Positions 9,028 through 19,997 are shown, counted from the stretch's first letter. The stretch: 64,000 nucleotides of DNA from Cardiobacteriales bacterium (GCA_965215775.1 CBDCEG010000027.1:101860-165859); one strand, 5' to 3'. Numbers and translations: made by a program. The notes: generated by a model not told the origin, from the letters alone.

Positions 9028-9477
9028 CTATTTTTCTTGTTTGTTTTCGTCTTCAACTGTAAATTCACCTTCAATAATATCCTCTGAAGATTGATTTTGT
9101 TGTTGCTGAGTTTTGCCGTTAAGTATAGTTTTAGAGGCAAAGTTAAAGTTTCTTTTTACAACTTTTGCCAAACTTTGTCTAATTTTAGGAACTAAACCTA
9201 AAAAACCAACAATATCAGTTAAAAATCCAGGAGTAATTAATAAAACTCCACAAATTAATAAAATCATACCTTCTGAAAGTGCCTCAGTAGGCTCTGTTTG
9301 TAGAGTTTGAAGCTTATTAAGTGTGGCTCTCCCTTGTTTTTTTAATTGCCACGATCCAATCATTGCTGTGATAATAACTGTAAAAAATGTTCCCCATCCA
9401 CCAATAATAGAACTAACCTTGCCAATTAGCATTATTTCTATTGCTGTAACAATAATCATCGCTAAAAATAATTTCAT
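9028..9477 (-). CDS. fxsA: FxsA family inner-membrane protein
   Basis: 149 aa with N-terminal TM helices and the LLITPGFLTDIVGF block. Confidence 0.8.
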   Translation of the reverse strand: MKLFLAMIIVTAIEIMLIGKVSSIIGGWGTFFTVIITAMIGSWQLKKQGRATLNKLQTLQTEPTEALSEGMILLICGVLLITPGFLTDIVGFLGLVPKIRQSLAKVVKRNFNFASKTILNGKTQQQQNQSSEDIIEGEFTVEDENKQEK

Positions 9478-9526
9478 AAAATTTTACCTTATATTTTCTT
9501 TAAGAAAACTTATATAATACCTAATA

Positions 9527-10264
9527 ATGAACAGAATTTATACTAAACAAAATTTAATTATTGATAAAAAAATAGAAATAGACGGTAAAACTTACCATTA
9601 TCTATTTAAAGTCTTACGCAAAAAAGAAACTGATAAACTAATGCTTTTTAATGGTGATGGGTTTGATTACCAAGCAGTTATAAAAGAAGTGAATAAAAAA
9701 AATGCTTTAATAAAAATAATTAAAAAAATAGAAAATAATACTGAATCTAATATTTACACAGTTTTAGTTCAGTGTATTTCAAAGCTTGATAAAATGGATT
9801 TGGTTATTCAAAAAGCAGTAGAACTAGGCGTTAATGAAATTATCCCAGTTTATTCTGAGTTCTCAAATGTGCGTCTGAATGAAAAACGCCAACAAAAAAA
9901 AATAGAACACTGGCAGTCTATTATTATTTCAGCTTGTGAGCAAAGTAGGCGGGCAATTATTCCAAAACTGCATAATATTTCTAAACTAGAAAATCTAGCA
10001 GAACAGTTAGATGATATTAATATTTATAAAAAAATTTGTTTAGATCCTTATTCAAAACAAACATTCTCTAATATAAAAATAAACAATGAAAAAGTATTAT
10101 TTTTAGTAGGTCCAGAAGGTGGTGTTTCTGATAAGGATGACGAAATATTACAAGGTTTAAACTTTGAAAAAGTAAGATTTGGAAAAAGAATTCTTAGGTT
10201 AGAAACAGCAGCCATATCAAGTTTGGCAGTTATTCAATTATTATGGGGAGATTTAAATGTTTAG
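9527..10264 (+). CDS. rsmE: 16S rRNA (uracil1498-N3)-methyltransferase
   Basis: 245 aa with the RsmE layout and the C-terminal LVGPEGG...RLETAA motif. Confidence 0.9.
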   Translation: MNRIYTKQNLIIDKKIEIDGKTYHYLFKVLRKKETDKLMLFNGDGFDYQAVIKEVNKKNALIKIIKKIENNTESNIYTVLVQCISKLDKMDLVIQKAVELGVNEIIPVYSEFSNVRLNEKRQQKKIEHWQSIIISACEQSRRAIIPKLHNISKLENLAEQLDDINIYKKICLDPYSKQTFSNIKINNEKVLFLVGPEGGVSDKDDEILQGLNFEKVRFGKRILRLETAAISSLAVIQLLWGDLNV

Positions 10265-11975
10265 AACAAAAGAAGATGAGTTAATTAAAGAAACTATAAA
10301 TTTCCCACAGCTATTAGTTGAGCCTTGGCGCGCTCAAGAATTAGTTGATAAAGAATCAGTAATTCAAATGTATAGATTATTTAAGGTTATAAGTTTGACT
10401 AGAATATTTATTGGCTTTCTTGCGACAATTTTAATATCAATATCTGGGAATTTATCAATTCCTAATGGGGTTACTTTAGCTTGTTATGTTTTTTTAGTAA
10501 TATCATTTTTATCATTATCAAAAAGAAAATCACAAAGTATAAAAATATATAGTTTCTTAATTGCAGTTTTAGATATATGTGTGATTGGTTATTTTTTGAT
10601 ATTATCACCAACAAACGAACAAGTAACTTTATTGTTCTTTAGTGTATTACTTAGTTGTATGGTGCTTGGTTTTGGTTCTATTATTATTATTTTCTTGCTT
10701 TCCACTTTTTTGCTTCTTTTTGATTGGTTTTTCCAAATTATAGGTATTTATAATATTAAAAATAATAACTTTAACTTAACTGATTTTTCATTTCATATTG
10801 AAAAATTCTTTAATTCAAAACAAGGCACTGATTTACTTTTTTTGATTGTTTGGTTGCTGTTGATGACATTTATTGTGAATTATTTAGCTAGATGGTCTTT
10901 TAAAAATGAAGTTAAAGCACAGTTTAGATACAAACAACTTAGACATATTTTACACTTTAATCATTCAATAATAGAGCATTTAAAAACTGGTATTATTGTT
11001 CTGACAACCGATGCACAAATCATAAGTATAAATAAAAGAGCTTTAGAGTTATTAGGTTTAGAAAGTGAATATGCAGTAATAAAACTTGATGATTTATCAG
11101 ATGACTTATTAACAAGTTTTTTTAATTACAAAAAAGGTGCACCAGTAAATCAAAATCACTATAAACATAATGAAAAAGCACAGGAAGTTGCAGTTTCCTT
11201 TTCAAGTTTTAGTGAAGAAAATAATGGTGTGATTATGATGTCTTTACAATGTGTTATAGAAGCTTCATCTCAAGCAAATGAATTGAAATTAGCATCTCTA
11301 GGAAAGCTAACAGCAGGAATAGCTCATGAGATTAGAAACCCACTTTCTGCAATTAATTCTGCTGCCCAATTAGTGGCTGAAACTGAAATAAATGAGCAGC
11401 AAAAAAAACTAGTTGGAATAATTACTTCAAATACCAAAAGAACCAATAAAATAATAACCAATATACTTGGTTTATTTAGAGATTATAAAACAGATAGGGA
11501 AATGATAAGTCTAAATGAAGCTATCCCAAGATTTGTAAAACAGTTTCAAGAATCAAATAAAAAAAGTGATTTTTCAATGATATTTAAAAAATCAATAGAT
11601 ATTGAAAAAGATATTTTTATTTTATTTTCTGCAGAACAATTTGATCAAGTCTTATGGAATTTATGCACAAACTCTTTGCATTATGGTGAAAGTGAGGCGT
11701 TAAAACTAGAAATAACAATAAAAATAACAGTTCCAAAAGCAAGTAGCTCAGTATTTATAGATGTTTCTGATACAGGAACTGGAATTGATAAGGCTAATTT
11801 ACCAAGAATATTTGAACCATTTTTTATAGGCTCTTCTAAAGGAACAGGGCTAGGTTTGTATTTAGTTAAGGAAATTTGTGAAGCAAATGATGCCAAAATA
11901 AACTACCAAACAAAACCTATAGGTGCTTGCTTTAGAATAGCTTCACATATTTATTACTCTAAGCTTAGGAAATAA
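10257..11975 (+). CDS. Sensor histidine kinase, PilS-like (polytopic N terminus, PAS-like region, HisKA, HATPase)
   Basis: 572 aa with about six N-terminal TM helices, the H-box GIAHEIRNPLSAI and the G-boxes DTGTGI and GTGLGL. Confidence 0.85.
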   Translation: MFRTKEDELIKETINFPQLLVEPWRAQELVDKESVIQMYRLFKVISLTRIFIGFLATILISISGNLSIPNGVTLACYVFLVISFLSLSKRKSQSIKIYSFLIAVLDICVIGYFLILSPTNEQVTLLFFSVLLSCMVLGFGSIIIIFLLSTFLLLFDWFFQIIGIYNIKNNNFNLTDFSFHIEKFFNSKQGTDLLFLIVWLLLMTFIVNYLARWSFKNEVKAQFRYKQLRHILHFNHSIIEHLKTGIIVLTTDAQIISINKRALELLGLESEYAVIKLDDLSDDLLTSFFNYKKGAPVNQNHYKHNEKAQEVAVSFSSFSEENNGVIMMSLQCVIEASSQANELKLASLGKLTAGIAHEIRNPLSAINSAAQLVAETEINEQQKKLVGIITSNTKRTNKIITNILGLFRDYKTDREMISLNEAIPRFVKQFQESNKKSDFSMIFKKSIDIEKDIFILFSAEQFDQVLWNLCTNSLHYGESEALKLEITIKITVPKASSSVFIDVSDTGTGIDKANLPRIFEPFFIGSSKGTGLGLYLVKEICEANDAKINYQTKPIGACFRIASHIYYSKLRK

Positions 11976-12023
11976 AAATAGGGAGTGTAATAAAATGTAA
12001 GCGAAGAATAAAAAAGAGAATAA

Positions 12024-13349
12024 ATGCTAAAAGAAATAAAAAACACACTTAAAATATCATTACCACTTATATTTGCCCAACTGCTTTTATCATCAATTGC
12101 GACGGTAGATACTATTATGGCTGGAATTGATGGTTCATTGACTTTGGCAGCTATTGCTCAAGGAAGCTCACTTTGGATTATTTGTTGGTTATTAATTATG
12201 GGGGTTGGTTCTGCGATTTCTCCTTTAATTGCACATGCTTATGGGGCAAAAAACAAACAAGAATTAAGAAATATATTTCAACAAGGTTTTTTTGTTAGTT
12301 TAATTTTGGGGTTTGTTGGGACTGTTATAACTCTTTTAATTCCTAATCTTATGGGGTTATTTGCGGTTAATGAAAATATAATTCCAGAAGCAACTAATTA
12401 TCTAAGAGTTATGGCTATATCTATGCCATTTAGTGCTATATTTTTTGCACCAAGATATTTAAATGAAGGAATTGGAAATACTAAAATATTGCTTTATATA
12501 ATAATACTAACTGTTCCAATTAATATTATAGGAAATTATGTTTTCCTAAATGGCTTACTAGGATTTCCTAAAATGGGAGCTGCTGGAATTGCTTTATCTA
12601 GTTCGATTAGTATATTTGCGGTGGCTGTTATGATTTGGGCTTATATTTTCAAATCTAAATTTTTTAGAGAATTTGAGCTATTTTTAGATTTTAAAAAACC
12701 TAATTTGCAAGAAATAAAAAAAATATTATTGCTTGGGATTCCAATATCTATATCTGTTGTTATGGAAGTAGGGCTTTTTACCCTTGTAACTTTGCTAGTT
12801 GGTCGTTTTAGCATTGATATTATTGCAGCAAATCAAATTGCTCTAAATTATGCATCTTTGATATTTATGATACCGCTTGGGATAAGTATGGGGCTAACGG
12901 CAAGGATTGGTATGGCATTAGGAGAAAATAATATAACAAAAATTAAGATAATAGGTTTTTCTGGAATATTCTTAGGTGCTTTTATAATGTTTATTTCAGT
13001 TATTATTTTAAATATATTTGATGAAAGTATTGTTGGTCTTTATACAAAAGATACTGAAGTGATTAAATCCGCATTATTACTTATTGGGTTAGTTGCTGTT
13101 TTTCAAGTTTCTGATGGGGTGCAAGTATGTGCTGCTGGTTGCTTAAGAGGGCTAAAAGATACTAAAACCCCAATGTTTTTTTCTATTATAGGATACTGGA
13201 TTATTGGTGCTCCTTTGGGTGTATTTATTTGTTTTTATTTAGAAAAAGGTGTTGTAGGTTTGTGGCTTGGTTTAACTGCAGGTTTAACAATTTCTGCAAT
13301 TCTAAATACAACAAGGCTTTATTATTTGATAAATAATTTACTAAAATAA
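12024..13349 (+). CDS. MATE family multidrug efflux transporter (NorM-like)
   Basis: 441 aa with 12 predicted TM helices and a typical MATE N terminus (LPLIFAQLL...VDTIMAG). Confidence 0.9.
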   Translation: MLKEIKNTLKISLPLIFAQLLLSSIATVDTIMAGIDGSLTLAAIAQGSSLWIICWLLIMGVGSAISPLIAHAYGAKNKQELRNIFQQGFFVSLILGFVGTVITLLIPNLMGLFAVNENIIPEATNYLRVMAISMPFSAIFFAPRYLNEGIGNTKILLYIIILTVPINIIGNYVFLNGLLGFPKMGAAGIALSSSISIFAVAVMIWAYIFKSKFFREFELFLDFKKPNLQEIKKILLLGIPISISVVMEVGLFTLVTLLVGRFSIDIIAANQIALNYASLIFMIPLGISMGLTARIGMALGENNITKIKIIGFSGIFLGAFIMFISVIILNIFDESIVGLYTKDTEVIKSALLLIGLVAVFQVSDGVQVCAAGCLRGLKDTKTPMFFSIIGYWIIGAPLGVFICFYLEKGVVGLWLGLTAGLTISAILNTTRLYYLINNLLK

Positions 13350-13423
13350 CTAAGCTTTTAAGCCTAATAAATCACACCTCTACAGAACCACTAATCAATC
13401 ATAATTTACATACTGCCTTTTTT

Positions 13424-13479
13424 CGTCTTCAAAATATATTATAGGCTAAAAATCTGTCCCATAAAATTAGACCATTACA
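13424..13479 (-). mobile_element. Solo remnant of the IS3-family right end
   Basis: 13438-13466 is identical to 2011-2039 and 13467-13479 is identical to the outer terminus 2169-2181. It ends 5 bp before the LysR-family stop codon. Confidence 0.8.
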
Positions 13480-13484
13480 TAGTT

Positions 13485-14342
13485 TTAAAACTTAGAGAAC
13501 CACTTTATGAATTTATCCACAGCTTCGGAGTTTTGGTTTTTACTAATAACTGCATAAAACTGTCTTTTGGAAGACACTCTAATATCAAATGGAGCAACTA
13601 GAGTTCCCATATCTAAGTAACTTTTAATAATTGAAGTTCTTCCAATCGCTAACCCAAACCCTGCTATTGCAGCATTAATAACCATACTATACCTTTCAAA
13701 ATCTATTGTTTTATGAGGCATAATATTTACATTTGCTTTTTCAAACCATCTACTCCAGTCATCATTCCAATCAATATCACAAAGCAAGGGATAGTTAAAT
13801 ATATCATTTAAATTTGTTAATGAACTTCCTATTTCTGAATTACAAACTAATGTTAAATAACTATTTTGTAAATGATAACTATCACAATTTTTGTGTTCAC
13901 CATCTGATAATGTTAGCCAAATATCTGTTTCACTATTTGTGAAATCAACTTGCTTATCATCCAAAATTAAATTTATTTCAATATCTTTAAATTCTTGCTG
14001 AAACTCCCATAGCTTACTAACTAACCAAGTTTCTGCAATTGCTGGAATTGAAGTTATTTGAATTGTTTTTTTGCTATCTTTTTGTTTTACTTGTTTTGTT
14101 ACTTTAGCTATTTCATTAAGTGATGGAGATATATTTAGATAGTATTTTCCTCCTTTTTCAGAAAGCTGAACACCATTTGATTTCCTAACAAACAATTCAA
14201 AACCTAAATAGTCTTCTAATATCTTTATAAATCTACTAATTGATGCTGCTGAAATATGTAATTCATTAGCTGCTAACAAAAAACTTTGGTGGCGTCCTGC
14301 TGCTTCAAATGCTCTAAGTGCTTTAAGTGGTGGTAGTTTCAT
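13485..14342 (-). CDS. LysR family transcriptional regulator (GcvA-like)
   Basis: N-terminal HTH (LKALRAFEAAGRHQSFLLAANELHISAASISRFIKILE). The ATG at 14342 is preferred to the TTG at 14354. Confidence 0.9.
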   Translation of the reverse strand: MKLPPLKALRAFEAAGRHQSFLLAANELHISAASISRFIKILEDYLGFELFVRKSNGVQLSEKGGKYYLNISPSLNEIAKVTKQVKQKDSKKTIQITSIPAIAETWLVSKLWEFQQEFKDIEINLILDDKQVDFTNSETDIWLTLSDGEHKNCDSYHLQNSYLTLVCNSEIGSSLTNLNDIFNYPLLCDIDWNDDWSRWFEKANVNIMPHKTIDFERYSMVINAAIAGFGLAIGRTSIIKSYLDMGTLVAPFDIRVSSKRQFYAVISKNQNSEAVDKFIKWFSKF

Positions 14343-14458
14343 TTTGTGGCTCAAATAATTATAGTCATAATTAGAAATTCTATCATTGAATGATTAATTA
14401 TTTAGAATTATATTTAGTAATATTAAATATTTTTTAAAAACTTAAATAGGAGGCAAAA

Positions 14459-15574
14459 ATGCTAGTAGGAGTACCAAAAGAAATAAAAGCTAATGAAAAC
14501 CGTGTTGGTCTTACACCAACGAGTGTTGCAGAGTTCGTAAAATCAGGTCATAAAGTAATTGTTGAAACAAATGCAGGTCAAGGGATTGGAAGTTCTGACC
14601 AAGATTACAAAAATGCAGGCGCACAAATAATTGAAACTGCAAAAGAAATTTTTGCAACAGCAGATATGATTGTAAAGGTAAAAGAACCTCAAGAAGTTGA
14701 ATATAAACAACTTAGAAAAGATCAAATTCTTTATACTTATTTACACCTTTCCCCTGATGCAAAACAAACTCAAGGGTTAATTGACTCTGGTTGTATCGCA
14801 ATCGCTTATGAAACCGTAACTGATAATAATGGTGGGTTACCATTACTTGCCCCAATGTCAGAAGTTGCTGGAAAAATGGCTTCTCAAGTTGGTGCATATT
14901 TCTTGCAAAAAGCTGATGGTGGTTCTGGCGTTTTATTTGGTGGTGTTGCTGGAGTTGCTCCTGCTAGCGTTGCCGTTATCGGTGGTGGTGTTGCTGGTTT
15001 AAATGCAATTAAAATGGCTGTTGGAATGGGTGCAAATGTAACAGTTTTAGATAGAAATATTGATAGACTTCGTTATATTGATGATATTTATCATGGAAGT
15101 GTAACAACTTTATATTCAACTTCACAATCTATTGAAGAAACTGTAATAAATGCAGATTTGGTGGTTGGAACAGTTTTAATTCCAGGTGCTAATGCTCCAA
15201 AATTAATAACAAAAGATATTATTTCTAAAATGAAAAAAGACTCAGTTGTAGTTGATGTTGCTATTGATCAAGGTGGTTGCACGGATGTTTCAAAAGCAAC
15301 AACACACGAAGAGCCTGTATTTAAATATGATAATGTTAATTTTTATTGTGTTGCAAATATGCCAGGTGGTGTTCCAAAAACTTCAACTTATGCTTTGAAT
15401 AACGCAACTTTAAGTTTTGGTTTGCAAATTGCAAATAAAGGGGCTGAAAAAGCAATGCTTGAAAATAAACACCTTTTAAATGGTTTAAATATTTACAAAG
15501 GTAGCGTTACATACAAAGCTGTTTCTGATGCTCAAGGGATAGAATATACAGATCCAAAACAAGCTATTAGTTAG
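14459..15574 (+). CDS. ald: Alanine dehydrogenase
   Basis: 371 aa with MLVGVPKEIKANENRVGLTP at the N terminus and a VIGGGVAG NAD-binding fold. Confidence 0.95.
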   Translation: MLVGVPKEIKANENRVGLTPTSVAEFVKSGHKVIVETNAGQGIGSSDQDYKNAGAQIIETAKEIFATADMIVKVKEPQEVEYKQLRKDQILYTYLHLSPDAKQTQGLIDSGCIAIAYETVTDNNGGLPLLAPMSEVAGKMASQVGAYFLQKADGGSGVLFGGVAGVAPASVAVIGGGVAGLNAIKMAVGMGANVTVLDRNIDRLRYIDDIYHGSVTTLYSTSQSIEETVINADLVVGTVLIPGANAPKLITKDIISKMKKDSVVVDVAIDQGGCTDVSKATTHEEPVFKYDNVNFYCVANMPGGVPKTSTYALNNATLSFGLQIANKGAEKAMLENKHLLNGLNIYKGSVTYKAVSDAQGIEYTDPKQAIS

Positions 15575-15607
15575 TTTATTAAAAAAACAAAGATATAGCG
15601 GAATTAG

Positions 15608-15636
15608 AAAAAGGAGTATTATTGCTCCTTTTTTTA
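15608..15636 (+). terminator. Rho-independent terminator after ald
   Basis: aaaaaggag / tattattg / ctccttttttt is a hairpin followed by a T-run ~35 nt after the stop. Confidence 0.7.
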
Positions 15637-15710
15637 ATTTAAAGCTATAATAATTATTAGAATATTTAAAATATTCAAAATAATAAAGTAATTAAAACTT
15701 ATAACTAAAT

Positions 15711-16049
15711 ATGGACAAACAAATTAGCATAGAAGATTTTCAAAATATTGATATACATATTGGAACAATAGTTTCTGTAGAAATAAATAAAAAAGCTAAA
15801 AAACCAGCTTATATTTTAGAAATTGATTTTGGTAAGTTAGGAATGAAAACTAGCTCTGCTCAACTAACTGAAAACTATACCAAAGAGTTATTAATAGGCA
15901 AACAAATATCAGCTGTAACAAATTTCCCTGCTATGAGAGTGGCTGGAGTGAAATCAGAGGTTCTTGTATTAGCAGTTGTTTGTGAAGATGAAAAGACAGT
16001 TTTACTTGAGCCTACTAAACTTGTAAAAAATGGTGGGAAAGTTAGTTAA
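15711..16049 (+). CDS. tRNA-binding domain protein (CsaA/YgjH-like)
   Basis: 112 aa with an OB-fold tRNA-binding pattern (IDIHIGTIVSVE...AYILEIDFG). Confidence 0.8.
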   Translation: MDKQISIEDFQNIDIHIGTIVSVEINKKAKKPAYILEIDFGKLGMKTSSAQLTENYTKELLIGKQISAVTNFPAMRVAGVKSEVLVLAVVCEDEKTVLLEPTKLVKNGGKVS

Positions 16050-16085
16050 TTTTCTAACTTTTAGATATTAAAATTATTACAATCA

Positions 16086-16730
16086 TTAAAAAAGTAATTT
16101 TATTTTTTCAAAATAAATAGTTTCTTTGAAATTCTTTAAAAATCTTTTTTTATCTTTTTCTAGATTCTTAGAATTTGTTTTTTTCAACTGATCCAAATCT
16201 ATAAAATAAATCATAAAATCATCATCTAGCTTTTCAACCATAAGGTTTTGAGACTTCAAATCGCCATGTGAAAAACCTATTTGCCAAAGTTGTTTTATTA
16301 AATTCACAGATTTGGTTAAAACTAATTCGTTAGTTTGCTGATTATTTTCATTAATAAAGTCAAATAAAGTTTCTCCATTTATTCTTTTAGCAATAAAGTA
16401 TTCTGCTTTTTTGAAAACAGCTCCTGTTTCATAAGCAAAACCAACCTCTTCACTTACCAAAATATTATTATCAGTTAATAATTTAGTCCAATTAAATGTA
16501 TTTTTTGCTCTTCCAAAACCTAATATCTGTTTTATTTTATGTTTTATTGTTTTTTGGTTATAGCGTTTTATAACATAATTATCATTGGCATAAACTGTGC
16601 AAGTTCCAGTTTTTTTAAAATATATTTTGCAAGAGTCTGGATTACTTATTAAATCTATTATTTCTTGGCTATTATTTTTATATTTTTCAGTTATAAATAA
16701 TTTAACTTTTCCTTGTTTCTTAGTAATCAT
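16086..16730 (-). CDS. Lipopolysaccharide/Kdo kinase family protein
   Basis: Catalytic-loop block [13 protein letters not shown]. The ATG at 16730 overlaps the guaA TGA stop (ATGA). The ORF-track start at 16736 is a GTG. Confidence 0.7.
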   Translation of the reverse strand: MITKKQGKVKLFITEKYKNNSQEIIDLISNPDSCKIYFKKTGTCTVYANDNYVIKRYNQKTIKHKIKQILGFGRAKNTFNWTKLLTDNNILVSEEVGFAYETGAVFKKAEYFIAKRINGETLFDFINENNQQTNELVLTKSVNLIKQLWQIGFSHGDLKSQNLMVEKLDDDFMIYFIDLDQLKKTNSKNLEKDKKRFLKNFKETIYFEKIKLLF

Positions 16731-18274
16731 TCCCACTCAATAGTTGCAGGTGGTTTGCCAGAAATATCATATACAACGCGTGAAACTCGTGTAATTTCAT
16801 TCATTATGCGGTTGGAAACCAGTCCTAAAAAATCATAAGGAAGCTCAGCCCAGCGAGCTGTCATAAAGTCAATTGTTTCAACTGCACGAAGAGCAATCAC
16901 AAAATCATAACGCCGTCCATCGCCAGTTACACCAACGGATTTGACAGGTAAAAATACTGCAAAAGCTTGGCTGGTTTTGTCATATAAATTGTGTTTTTCA
17001 AGTTCACTTATAAAAATATCATCAGCTTTTCGTAAAATATCTGCATATTCTTTGGTTACTTGTCCCAAAATTCTCACTCCAAGACCTGGTCCTGGAAATG
17101 GGTGGCGATATAACATATTATGTGGAATACCAAGCTCTAAGCCAAGTTTACGCACCTCGTCTTTGAACAATTCTCTCAAAGGTTCCACTAGTTTTAGTTT
17201 CATTTTTTTGGGAAGTCCGCCGACATTGTGATGTGATTTGATAGTGTGAGCTTTTCCAGATTTTGCTCCAGCGGATTCGATAATATCTGGGTAAATTGTT
17301 CCTTGAGCCAAATATTTTACATTTGTAATTTGTTTTGATTGAGCCTCAAAAATATCTATAAAAACTTTGCCAATTTTTTTCCTTTTTTCCTCAGGGTCAG
17401 AAGTGTTTGCAAGTGCATTTAGAAAGTCATTTTCAGCATTCACACGAATTACATTTACCCCAAAATTATCTGCAAACATAGCCATAACTTTATCGCCTTC
17501 ATTGAGTCTTAATAAACCATTATCCACAAAAACACAAGTGAGTTGGTTGCCAATTGCTTTGTGCAAAAGCATTGCAACTACCGAAGAATCAACACCTCCA
17601 GAAAGTCCTAAAATAACTTTTTCATCACCTATTTCTTGTCTGAGTGAACTAATAATATCTTTGGCAATATTTGAAGAATTCCAAACAGCTTTACAATTAC
17701 AAATATTTTCTACAAAATTACTCAATATTTGAGTTCCTTGTTGGGTGTGAGTTACTTCTGGATGAAACTGAATTCCAAAAATTGGTTTGGTTTTGTGAGC
17801 AATTGCAGCAATTGGGCAAGAGCTTGTTTTGGCAGTTATAACAAAATCATCAGAAACGCTCTCAACCTTATCTCCATGGCTCATCCAAACGGCTAAAGTT
17901 TCATTTTTTATATCTTTAAATAATGGATTTTTAGCTATTATTTGTAAATTAGAATGCCCAAATTCTTGCTTATCACTAATTATAACCTGACCGCCTGATT
18001 GTTTTGAAATGGCTTGCATTCCATAACAAATACCCAAAATAGGGATACCTAATCTAAAGACAATATCATTGATTGTAGCTGCATCCTCTTGGTTTACATT
18101 TTGTGGTCCACCTGAGAGAATTATGCCCTTTGCACTTGAGTTGGCAATGTCTTTAGTATCACAATCATAAGGTAAGATTTCACTGAAAACTCCAACCTCA
18201 CGAACCTTTCTTGCTATGAGTTGAGTGTATTGAGAACCAAAGTCTATAATGATTATTTTGTCTTTGTTTTGCAT
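16727..18274 (-). CDS. guaA: GMP synthase (glutamine-hydrolysing)
   Basis: Conserved from [26 protein letters not shown] to the C-terminal PPATIEWE. The ORF-track N-terminal extension (18275-18442) is hydrophobic junk that overlaps the bolA-like gene. Confidence 0.95.
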   Translation of the reverse strand: MQNKDKIIIIDFGSQYTQLIARKVREVGVFSEILPYDCDTKDIANSSAKGIILSGGPQNVNQEDAATINDIVFRLGIPILGICYGMQAISKQSGGQVIISDKQEFGHSNLQIIAKNPLFKDIKNETLAVWMSHGDKVESVSDDFVITAKTSSCPIAAIAHKTKPIFGIQFHPEVTHTQQGTQILSNFVENICNCKAVWNSSNIAKDIISSLRQEIGDEKVILGLSGGVDSSVVAMLLHKAIGNQLTCVFVDNGLLRLNEGDKVMAMFADNFGVNVIRVNAENDFLNALANTSDPEEKRKKIGKVFIDIFEAQSKQITNVKYLAQGTIYPDIIESAGAKSGKAHTIKSHHNVGGLPKKMKLKLVEPLRELFKDEVRKLGLELGIPHNMLYRHPFPGPGLGVRILGQVTKEYADILRKADDIFISELEKHNLYDKTSQAFAVFLPVKSVGVTGDGRRYDFVIALRAVETIDFMTARWAELPYDFLGLVSNRIMNEITRVSRVVYDISGKPPATIEWE

Positions 18275-18406
18275 TTTTGTATGGTGTTGGTTGTTTAATT
18301 TAATATAAGTATAAATTATTTTAAAATTGTTTGGGAAAGTTTTATCACAAACATAAAAATAATGTATTATTACTAATATTATTAACCAATAAACCAAAAA
18401 TAAATT

Positions 18407-18631
18407 ATGGATTGCAAACAAATAGAAGATAAAATCAAACAAAACCTAGAGACAACCTCAGTTGAAGCTAAATCAAGTGATAATATTCATTTTAACTTGA
18501 TTGTTGTTTCTAATAAATTTGAAGGACTTAGTAAAATCAAACAACATAAAATCATTATGGATTTATTTGCAGGTGAAATAGCAAATCAAGAAATCCATGC
18601 ACTTTCAATTAAAACACTTATTAATAGTTGA
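18407..18631 (+). CDS. BolA/IbaG family protein
   Basis: 74 aa with BolA-like size and pattern ([24 protein letters not shown]). Confidence 0.7.
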   Translation: MDCKQIEDKIKQNLETTSVEAKSSDNIHFNLIVVSNKFEGLSKIKQHKIIMDLFAGEIANQEIHALSIKTLINS

Positions 18632-18639
18632 TGATAAAA

Positions 18640-19359
18640 ATGCATATAAAAAAAATAACAACACTCCTTCTAATTTCAATACTTTTTATAGGTTGTTCAT
18701 TCAACAAAAAAGAAATTATAACTATTAAAGTTTTAGACCAGTTTGAAAGCAAACAAGAAAATATAAAACTAGGGTTAAGCTTAATGAGTTATTACTATCC
18801 ATTTTTTTTAGAAAAAGAAATTTCAAGCTTAACTAAGGAAGATATGAAAGGAATAAAGTGGCGTTACTTTATTCAAAAAAGTAATAATCAAATTTCTTTT
18901 GACTTAATTTTGGAGGGTAAATCTATATCTAAAAAGGATCTACTTGTTAATTTCTTTGAAAAAAAAGTTGAAGAACAAATTAAACATCAAATTAATGATA
19001 AAGAAATTTTTAATAGAGCTATTAAACTAGCAGATAAAATCGCAAATCAACTTAACAAAAAAGAGCTTGATAAAGTGTGGAATGACGCTAGCTTAAGTTT
19101 AAAAAAGAATATGACAAAGGAACAGTTTATTAAGTCTATAGAAAGAAGGTACTCTGTAAATGCAATTTTAAATGAAAAAAGAATTGTTCATAGTAAAATA
19201 TACTATGAAAAACTCCCAGGAGCTGAAGAAAACATAACAGGGTTTTATACTATAAATTCAACATTTAAGTTATCCCCAAATGTTAGTGAACAGTTCAACT
19301 TTCACCTTGAAGGAGACGCGTTAAAGCTTGTTGGTTACTTTATTTACAAACCAAACTAA
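18640..19359 (+). CDS. Lipoprotein of unknown function
   Basis: Signal peptide with lipobox (LLISILFIGC) from the Met at 18640. No family is confidently recognised. Confidence 0.6.
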   Translation: MHIKKITTLLLISILFIGCSFNKKEIITIKVLDQFESKQENIKLGLSLMSYYYPFFLEKEISSLTKEDMKGIKWRYFIQKSNNQISFDLILEGKSISKKDLLVNFFEKKVEEQIKHQINDKEIFNRAIKLADKIANQLNKKELDKVWNDASLSLKKNMTKEQFIKSIERRYSVNAILNEKRIVHSKIYYEKLPGAEENITGFYTINSTFKLSPNVSEQFNFHLEGDALKLVGYFIYKPN

Positions 19360-19376
19360 AAACTTCACTATAAATT

Positions 19377-19997
19377 GTGTATGAAATCAAACATATAGCC
19401 TTAGACGATAATGATAAATTTGTTATCCCAAGTAAAAATATTATTCAACAAAAAATTGGTTGGGATTTATGTAGCGAATTTAATTTAGGTTTTAAAGGGG
19501 GTAAATTAACAAGCAATAAACGACAGTTTGTTATAGGAAAATCTTATGATTATTTATTAGGTGCAATATTATTCATTTCTCTTGGGCTGTTCTTTATTAA
19601 AAGCTATGGTGACTATAGGATGACTATTTTGGGTGTTCTGATAAGTTGTTATGGCGCTATGATGCTACTTTATAAAAATAACTTTGTAATTGATAAAGCA
19701 AAAAAAATATACTACTTTGAAAGAAAATATATAAAAAATAGATTTAGTATTAATAAAACTAAAAAACATACATATAAAGACTTTGGGAAAACTGATGAAA
19801 TATACGCAATTCAGTTAATTCCAAATTTTATTATAAATGATGACGAAGAATATTATGCTTATGAAATTAATCTGGTTTTTAAAACTGGAGAACGGTTAAA
19901 TATAATGCAAAGTATCCAAATGCCAGCTGCATCAAGAAATGCAAGTGAACTTGCTATTTGGCTTGATATCCCTATCTGGGCGGTTATTGAAAGATAG
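19377..19997 (+). CDS. Membrane protein of unknown function (two central TM helices)
   Basis: 206-aa ORF with a GTG start, on the same strand 17 nt after the preceding lipoprotein gene. Confidence 0.5.
   Translation: MYEIKHIALDDNDKFVIPSKNIIQQKIGWDLCSEFNLGFKGGKLTSNKRQFVIGKSYDYLLGAILFISLGLFFIKSYGDYRMTILGVLISCYGAMMLLYKNNFVIDKAKKIYYFERKYIKNRFSINKTKKHTYKDFGKTDEIYAIQLIPNFIINDDEEYYAYEINLVFKTGERLNIMQSIQMPAASRNASELAIWLDIPIWAVIER

Noticed and set aside
16941-17732. Antisense ORFs inside guaA (16941-17231, 17367-17732). Similar antisense ORFs lie in rph/leuB, murB/HAD, the response regulator, lnt, rnfE and tctA.
   Set aside because: Each lies wholly opposite a well-conserved gene and has low-complexity composition. 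They are shadow ORFs.
18275-18442. N-terminal extensions in the ORF track for guaA. Similar extensions exist for 55466-56239, queA, rnfG, tctB, lysR, the Kdo-kinase-like gene and M1.
   Set aside because: The conserved protein starts at an internal Met in each case. The extensions are hydrophobic or AT-rich read-through and overlap neighbouring genes.
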